A stretch of 64,000 nt of DNA, from the NCBI GenBank assembly GCA_040377305.1, contig JBEIPA010000019.1:1-64000 (forward strand), read 5' to 3'. Source of the stretch: Flavobacteriales bacterium. GTDB lineage: Bacteria > Bacteroidota > Bacteroidia > Palsa-965. Under the pieces are notes generated by a model. It was not told the origin of the DNA, made no database searches, and saw only the letters and a list, made by a program, of their open reading frames with translations. The position numbers and the translations under genes are program-made. Of the stretch, positions 57,847-64,000 are shown piece after piece. Positions within the stretch are counted from its first letter, which is position 1. The number at the start of each line of letters is the position of its first letter.

Positions 57847-59040
57847 ATGAAACCGATACTTGAAATATCATCCGTTTCAAAAACATTTCGTCTTCAGCAC
57901 GAACAACAGCCCTATTCCAGTCTTCGCGAGTCTATGATGGGAATATTCAGTCGGAGCAAAACAACGAAGGAGACTTTTCACGCACTTGACAATATTAGTT
58001 TCAACGTCAACGCAGGAGAATCGATTGGAATTATCGGGAAGAACGGTGCGGGAAAATCAACCTTACTCAAAATCCTTTCGCGGATTACACCTCCATCGTC
58101 GGGCACAATTACTGTACGTGGACGAATTGCCAGTCTGCTCGAAGTAGGAACGGGTTTTCATCCGGAGCTTACGGGACGCGAAAATGTTTTTCTGAATGGA
58201 TCCATTCTGGGAATGACGCGCCGGGAAATCGCCGCGAAATTTGATGAGATTGTTGATTTCTCCGGAACAGAAAGATTCCTGGATACACCATTGAAACATT
58301 TTTCAAGCGGAATGCAACTGCGTCTTGCGTTTGCAGTGGCTGCATTTCTTGAACCGGAAATCCTCATCATCGACGAAGTGCTCGCTGTTGGTGATGCCGA
58401 ATTTCAGAAGCGTTGCATTGGCAAAATGGAATCTGTAAGCAAAAGTGGTCGTACAGTTCTTTTCGTAAGCCACAATCTTGGAGCCGTTCAGGCATTGTGT
58501 GAGAAAACCATTTATTTACATCAGGGGAAAATAAAAGAATTCGCAAAGTCTGGTCCGGTCATTCAACAATACCTGAATGAACAAAGCGGTCAGTCCACTG
58601 TAGTTCGGAAACTGAATGAAACAAAAAAATGTTTCGTTCACGAAGTTTCGTTTAATCAGGATCAGGAAGCTGGTATTCTGAAACTTTCGGTAAAGGTTGA
58701 AAGCAAAATGCGCGGCCTGGTTGCTTTGGATATTCGATTAGCGAATATCAATATGGAGCCGGCAGCTTTTGGTTCTATTGGAACTTTTGATCCGGATCAC
58801 AAACTCGCGTTCATTGAAGGTTCCAATATAATTTCAATGGAAATAAAAACCGATCAACTCGCAAACGGACTCTACTACGTTTCTATCGATCTGAAAGAAC
58901 CGGATAAGGAATATTACGACCGTGCTGAGCAAGCGCTTCTCATTGAAATTGCGAATCAACCTATCGTTCCTCACGGAAGAAGCATGCAGCTCGATTGGAA
59001 TCTGGGCACAATGAAACTTGAAATTCAGCGGACGACATGA
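57847..59040 (+). CDS. wzt: Polysaccharide ABC transporter ATPase with C-terminal extension
   Basis: GKNGAGKST, FSSGMQLRLAF, DEVLAVGD, VSH; about 150-aa C-terminal domain. Confidence 0.93.
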   Translation: MKPILEISSVSKTFRLQHEQQPYSSLRESMMGIFSRSKTTKETFHALDNISFNVNAGESIGIIGKNGAGKSTLLKILSRITPPSSGTITVRGRIASLLEVGTGFHPELTGRENVFLNGSILGMTRREIAAKFDEIVDFSGTERFLDTPLKHFSSGMQLRLAFAVAAFLEPEILIIDEVLAVGDAEFQKRCIGKMESVSKSGRTVLFVSHNLGAVQALCEKTIYLHQGKIKEFAKSGPVIQQYLNEQSGQSTVVRKLNETKKCFVHEVSFNQDQEAGILKLSVKVESKMRGLVALDIRLANINMEPAAFGSIGTFDPDHKLAFIEGSNIISMEIKTDQLANGLYYVSIDLKEPDKEYYDRAEQALLIEIANQPIVPHGRSMQLDWNLGTMKLEIQRTT

Positions 59041-59867
59041 TTTTCAATCGGATTTCATTCTCACTTTCCCAACGAAAATTCTGGAAAGAAGTCCGGCGCA
59101 AACGCGAGGAATGGATATCTATAGCTGCTAAAAATGAAGCTGTAGTCATTTCCATTTCCGACAAATCAAAGATCAGATTATCTGCGACAAGCGAATTGTC
59201 GTCGCACATCTATTGCGGTGCGTTTGAATGGGAAGAGCGTGAGTGGTTGTTGTCGGAACTTAAATCCGATGACGTTTTCTTTGACATTGGTGCAAACATT
59301 GGCTTGTTTACTTTGCTGGCTGGTGAAAGATGCCGGAAAGTTGTTGCGTTTGAACCGACAGACGAAACCTTTAGCATTTTGACCGGGAACGTCAAATTGA
59401 ATAACTCGCCGGGGAATATTGAATTAATTCACGCAGCTGCATCTGACAAGAACGGCACTCAGGATATTTATGTTCTCACCAATGGTAAAGACGCGTGGAA
59501 TTCAATGGCCGTGAAGCCGGAAGCCGGAGAATACCGGGTCGACAACATAAAAACGGTTAATGTAGATGAGTTGATCGCATCCGGTTCCATTCCCACTCCG
59601 CGCGTTATTAAGATAGACGTTGAAGGATGGGAGCTGCATGTGCTCAAAGGGCTAGAGAACACAATTGCTCAGCACAAACCCGTAATGCTGATAGAATTTA
59701 CAGAATCGAACCTGAAAGCTGCCGGAACATCTGCAGCTGAACTCGGCAAATATATTCTTTCAAAGAATTATGAGTTGTTTGCTTACGATCCGCGACACAA
59801 AAAACTAAATCGTGTTACGGATTTCAACTTCGAACACAAAAACCTGGTTGCAAAGCCTAAACGATGA
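59037..59867 (+). CDS. FkbM-family methyltransferase
   Basis: FFDIGANIG, AFEP, IKIDVEGWE. Confidence 0.92.
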   Translation: MIFNRISFSLSQRKFWKEVRRKREEWISIAAKNEAVVISISDKSKIRLSATSELSSHIYCGAFEWEEREWLLSELKSDDVFFDIGANIGLFTLLAGERCRKVVAFEPTDETFSILTGNVKLNNSPGNIELIHAAASDKNGTQDIYVLTNGKDAWNSMAVKPEAGEYRVDNIKTVNVDELIASGSIPTPRVIKIDVEGWELHVLKGLENTIAQHKPVMLIEFTESNLKAAGTSAAELGKYILSKNYELFAYDPRHKKLNRVTDFNFEHKNLVAKPKR

Positions 59868-60751
59868 GCCAACTACCTGTAATCAGCATCGTAGTGCCTT
59901 CGTATAATCAAGGCAAGTTCATTGGAGAAACACTTTCTTCGCTGATCAATCAGGATTATTCCAATCTTGAGCTCATTGTAATTGACGGTGGCAGCAATGA
60001 CAATTCAGCAGAAGTAATTCGCTCGTTTGAAAAACACATCAAGCATTGGGTAAGCGAAAAAGATCGCGGGCAAACACATGCTATCAACAAAGGATTGGAA
60101 CACGTGACAGGTGAGCTATTCAACTGGCTGAATAGTGATGACGTTTTGGAGCCCGGCGCGCTTCACATGCTTGCGAAGTTAGCGCGTGAAAATCCAGAGA
60201 AGAATTTGTTTATCGGACGCTCACGATTTTTCGACGCAGGTGGTACACGCAGAAATTCTGACTCCATCGTATTCAGTAAACCCGAGATGACTTTGGGTTA
60301 TGGGCTGGTCAACCAACCGGGAATGTTTTACAGAACCCACACGCTTCGTGAGTTCCTGCCGTTGAATGAATCACTCAATTTTTGCATGGATCTTGATTTG
60401 TGGATTCGTTATTTAAGTACATACGGACAGCAAAATCTTATCGAGACAGAATTCTGTATTGCAGGCTTTCGCTTTCACAAAGAATCAAAGACTGAAAGTG
60501 CAGTCAACCCTTTTCGAAGTGAGCGGGATCAATTGTACGAACAACTGTATTCTCACCCCACTAAAGAATGGGTTTTAGCGAGCAAAGCGTACTATCACTT
60601 GTGGAAATCCGATGAACTTCTGCTCGAAGGTCGTGCTGATGATTCTGCAGCTGAACTAAGCAAAGTAAAACTGGCCGCACTTTCATTTGCAGGAATGAGA
60701 AGATATCTTGGACTTAAACGACGTCACACATTCGGAAAAAGCGCGCAATAA
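59864..60751 (+). CDS. Glycosyltransferase family 2
   Basis: SIVVPSYNQG, IDGGS, AINKG, WLNSDD. Confidence 0.93.
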   Translation: MSQLPVISIVVPSYNQGKFIGETLSSLINQDYSNLELIVIDGGSNDNSAEVIRSFEKHIKHWVSEKDRGQTHAINKGLEHVTGELFNWLNSDDVLEPGALHMLAKLARENPEKNLFIGRSRFFDAGGTRRNSDSIVFSKPEMTLGYGLVNQPGMFYRTHTLREFLPLNESLNFCMDLDLWIRYLSTYGQQNLIETEFCIAGFRFHKESKTESAVNPFRSERDQLYEQLYSHPTKEWVLASKAYYHLWKSDELLLEGRADDSAAELSKVKLAALSFAGMRRYLGLKRRHTFGKSAQ

Positions 60752-61561
60752 ATGCCAACGAACCAACATACCGCTTTACTGATATTGTCGTGTGATAAAT
60801 ACGCCGATATCTGGCAGCCTTTTTTTGATTTTCTCCATAAACACTGGAGCGACTGTCCGTATCCGGTTTATCTCGGCACCAACGAAATTATATTTCATGA
60901 TGATCGTGTAAAAACGGTTTGTGCTGGTCCGCCACGCGATTGGTCAAACGACACACTCGAAATTCTTAAACAAATTCCGGAAGAAAATATTATTATACTC
61001 CTCGAAGACTATTTCGTCTATGCGCATCCGGATCAAAACCTTCTGAGTCGCTCTGTGGAATTGTTGGAGAAGAGAAACGCAACTTTCCTCCGTCTTGCCT
61101 GCTTTCCTTCCGATCACTTCGAAGATTATGCATACGACGTTATTCCCAGTGATCCCGAATTCGTGGAAACGAGAAAGGATGCGAGATATCGTGTGAATCT
61201 TCAGGCCGGACTTTGGAATAAATCTAAGCTTATGGAATTAATCGTTCCCGGGGAATCTCCCTGGGCTTTTGAAACCGAAGGCACCAAACGTTCACGCAAC
61301 ACAACAGATAGTTATTTAGGTGTTCATGAAACTAAAGGCTTGCGTCATGTTCATGGTCCTATCCCCTATTTGTGTACGGCATTGTCGCGCGGAGTTTGGA
61401 TGCGCGATGCAATTGAATTGTGCGAGGAACATGGAGTAATCCTCGACACTGGTGCACGACCGATTGAAAGTTCAGCAGAATACCGCACACGGAAAATGTA
61501 TCACAGTATGCCTTACGGATTCAGAAAGTATTGGGATTATGTTGCATCGAAACTAAAATAA
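60752..61561 (+). CDS. Hypothetical protein, possible GT-A-fold glycosyltransferase
   Basis: SCDKYADIW..F, LLEDYF, SPWAFE; lies inside the polysaccharide operon. Confidence 0.55.
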   Translation: MPTNQHTALLILSCDKYADIWQPFFDFLHKHWSDCPYPVYLGTNEIIFHDDRVKTVCAGPPRDWSNDTLEILKQIPEENIIILLEDYFVYAHPDQNLLSRSVELLEKRNATFLRLACFPSDHFEDYAYDVIPSDPEFVETRKDARYRVNLQAGLWNKSKLMELIVPGESPWAFETEGTKRSRNTTDSYLGVHETKGLRHVHGPIPYLCTALSRGVWMRDAIELCEEHGVILDTGARPIESSAEYRTRKMYHSMPYGFRKYWDYVASKLK

Positions 61562-61567
61562 CGCGAA

Positions 61568-62302
61568 GTGTTCAGTAGAGAATTCCGACATAAATTAAGG
61601 CTGCATCTGAAAGACACCACTTTCACGCATCACTATGAGCATCTGATGCGTGTAGTGCGTTTCGGTAAAAAAATGAACGCGTTCACAGGCAAAATTACCA
61701 TTGCCGATGTAGGTGCTTACGATGGTCTAACCGCGGCTTTTTTCCATTCCGTTTTCCCGGAGGCAACAATACATGCGTTCGAACCGAATCCGCAGGCGTA
61801 TGCATTGCTGGAGGCAAACACAAAACACATTCCTTCCATCAGGTTATACACCGAAGCGCTTTCAGATGTGAAAGGAGCAGCGCCGTTATATGTAACACTT
61901 AACGGAGTTTCGTCTTCGATCAATCCAATCAATAGCGAACAATTGGAGTCAAGTGGCGGGTTACAAAATCAACTCAAAGTCGAGAAGACGGTAGACATTC
62001 ATTTAGTTGATCTCGATTCTCTAAACATAGGTCCGATTACCATTTTGAAACTCGACACTCAAGGAAATGAAGTCCGTGTAATCAACGGTGCTAAGAACAC
62101 GCTGAAGAACACCAAATTTATCGTGACTGAAATGTCTGTACATAAAATGTACGACAATGGTTGCAGCTACTTTGAAACCGACGCCGCGCTGCGAGCCTGT
62201 GGATTTACTCCGATTGACTTTATTGTTCCATCCCGGAAAGATGGTGTCCAAATGATGGAGTTCGACGCAATTTACATGAACACTTCACTGGTATCAGTAT
62301 AA
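61568..62302 (+). CDS. FkbM-family methyltransferase
   Basis: DVGAYDG, AFEPNP, LKLDTQGNE. Confidence 0.9.
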   Translation: MFSREFRHKLRLHLKDTTFTHHYEHLMRVVRFGKKMNAFTGKITIADVGAYDGLTAAFFHSVFPEATIHAFEPNPQAYALLEANTKHIPSIRLYTEALSDVKGAAPLYVTLNGVSSSINPINSEQLESSGGLQNQLKVEKTVDIHLVDLDSLNIGPITILKLDTQGNEVRVINGAKNTLKNTKFIVTEMSVHKMYDNGCSYFETDAALRACGFTPIDFIVPSRKDGVQMMEFDAIYMNTSLVSV

Positions 62303-62304
62303 CC

Positions 62305-63177
62305 ATGAAAATATCTGTTTTCATACCAACATTCAACGGACAAGCAAAGCTTAAGCAATTGCTTTCCCGGCTGGAGTTGCAATCTGATGACAGTTTTGTT
62401 GTTCATGTTTTGATTGATGGTAGTACTGATGATACGTATTTGCTGAAAGACATCTTTCCAAAGGTTCATTTTCATTCGTTCCCTAATGCCGGTCGTGCCG
62501 GAATCAGAAATCGCGCTTCTGAGTTCTGTAAAGACGGAATCATATTGTTTCTGGATGACGATATGTTACCTGAACCCAATCTGGTAGCGACTCACCGGGC
62601 ATTTCATGAATCAAACAGCAATTCCATTCTGATTGGGAATGGATTCCGAAATCCCGAAGGCAAACGTGATGTATTCTCTGCTTACCTCATTACAATGGAA
62701 GAAACGTGGATAAAATCGCATCCGACTTCGTTTCAGGTAACGGAAGATGATTTTGTTTTCACGGCATGCAACTTATCCTTACCACTCGATTTGTTTGTGA
62801 GGATGAACAGATTCAATCCACTGCTTAAAGACGGAGAAGACTTCGATTTCGGTATGCGTGCGCTCGAATCTAAGATCAACATCGTCTTCAACCGAAGTGC
62901 GTTAGCGTGGCATAACGATTGGCCAACGCTTTCACAATATATCCGCAGAAATTCAGAATACCTTGCCGGAAAGAAAGCTTTGGTGCAAATGAAACCGGAA
63001 TACGAAAAGCAACTGAGAGTGGCCGCCGGTGAAAGATCGCACAACCAATTCAAGCAATTTTTTCAGCGAATACTTGGCAACATGGCACTAAGAAACTCTT
63101 TTGTCTTTCAGCTATTGCCGCTGCCATTAAAATTCATTGCCATTAAAAGTGCAATCTATAAATTCACCACTGCGTGA
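62305..63177 (+). CDS. Glycosyltransferase family 2
   Basis: ISVFIPTFN, IDGSTD, GRAGIRN, FLDDD, GEDFDF. Confidence 0.9.
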   Translation: MKISVFIPTFNGQAKLKQLLSRLELQSDDSFVVHVLIDGSTDDTYLLKDIFPKVHFHSFPNAGRAGIRNRASEFCKDGIILFLDDDMLPEPNLVATHRAFHESNSNSILIGNGFRNPEGKRDVFSAYLITMEETWIKSHPTSFQVTEDDFVFTACNLSLPLDLFVRMNRFNPLLKDGEDFDFGMRALESKINIVFNRSALAWHNDWPTLSQYIRRNSEYLAGKKALVQMKPEYEKQLRVAAGERSHNQFKQFFQRILGNMALRNSFVFQLLPLPLKFIAIKSAIYKFTTA

Positions 63178-64000
63178 GTTTAACTTCGAAAAAACATATC
63201 GTCTGGGTGCTTTCTAATGCATCTTCTGCACCTTACTTCAATTGGTTTGCAGAAGTAGCGGCACAACGCAAAGACTTCGATATGTCGTTTGTCTGTATGT
63301 ACCATGAAGAGCCGAAAATGATTCGCGAAATGGAGCGATTCGGTTTCAAATGTCATTGGATCAAATACGATTGGCACAGACGTAAGACCGGATTAATCTC
63401 AGCGTATTTCAAATTGAAGAGATTGTTTCGTGAAATAAAACCGGACGTGGTACACGCACACTTGTTTGATGATGCTCTCGCTGCAATTACAGCCGCTAAA
63501 GCTTCCGGTGTGCCCATGCGAATTGCAACGAAAGGTGATGCGTCCTATCACTTCTTCCACAATCCGCAATACATTCGATTTGACAAGCTGATCAACCAAA
63601 AATCGACAACTGTCATTGCCCTCTCTAATGAGAGCCGTGAGTTCATTATTGCGAAAGAAGGTGCCGAGTCTGATAAAGTGAAGTTAGTACATCATGGATT
63701 AAACATTGCTGATGTTTCGACACAAGACAAAAGTGCAATGGAATCGTTCAGAAAACTATGGAATCTCGAAGGGAAAACGGTTATCGGAACTGTTTCCCGA
63801 TTCATTCCCTGGAAAGGCTACCTGGACATTTTGCAAGTGGTTCAAAAAGTAAGTGCCGCAAATTCCAATGTGCGCTTTCTATTCTGCGGAACTGGTGAAC
63901 AGGAAAGTGCAATCCGGCAAAAAGTTCACGATATGAACTTAAGTGACTTCATTGTCTTTACAGGAACAATCGCTCCCGGCAATATGGCTTCGCTGTATGG
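63174..64000 (+). CDS. Glycosyltransferase family 4 (runs off the window; absent from the ORF track)
   Basis: GTG overlaps the upstream TGA; reads MSLTSKKHIVWVLSN..IKPDVVHAH..VHHG..IGTVSRFIPWKG. Confidence 0.85.
   Translation, partial: MSLTSKKHIVWVLSNASSAPYFNWFAEVAAQRKDFDMSFVCMYHEEPKMIREMERFGFKCHWIKYDWHRRKTGLISAYFKLKRLFREIKPDVVHAHLFDDALAAITAAKASGVPMRIATKGDASYHFFHNPQYIRFDKLINQKSTTVIALSNESREFIIAKEGAESDKVKLVHHGLNIADVSTQDKSAMESFRKLWNLEGKTVIGTVSRFIPWKGYLDILQVVQKVSAANSNVRFLFCGTGEQESAIRQKVHDMNLSDFIVFTGTIAPGNMASLY

Noticed and set aside
1-64000. rRNA, tRNA, riboswitch, prophage or IS transposase
   Set aside because: No recognisable signatures by eye; an Infernal/tRNAscan run would be needed to exclude small RNAs

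Overview
Chromosomal window from a Bacteroidota genome. This is indicated by type IX secretion (T9SS) C-terminal domains, PorP/SprF, TAnnTTTG promoter boxes and DUF4249-like lipoproteins. It holds about 48 plausible CDS: six T9SS substrates, including a 1424-aa type-B adhesin in an operon with PorP/SprF and a PorE-like protein that ends in SPOR rather than OmpA_C; two two-component systems; three clustered TonB-C-terminal-domain fusion proteins; an M23 peptidase; a TonB-dependent receptor; dnaK; a patch of AT-rich hypothetical genes; PASTA, a tandem double Ddl, RdgB and WecE; and the start of a Wzm/Wzt polysaccharide locus with sulfo-, methyl- and acyltransferases. I saw no rRNA, tRNA, CRISPR array, integrase, transposase or reverse transcriptase. 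The intergenic DNA is unusually rich in several unrelated palindromic repeat families (REP/BIME/MITE-like). Some show compensatory base changes, some are nested in each other, and one is duplicated together with the 3' end of a gene. All calls come from reading motifs by eye; no database search was run.
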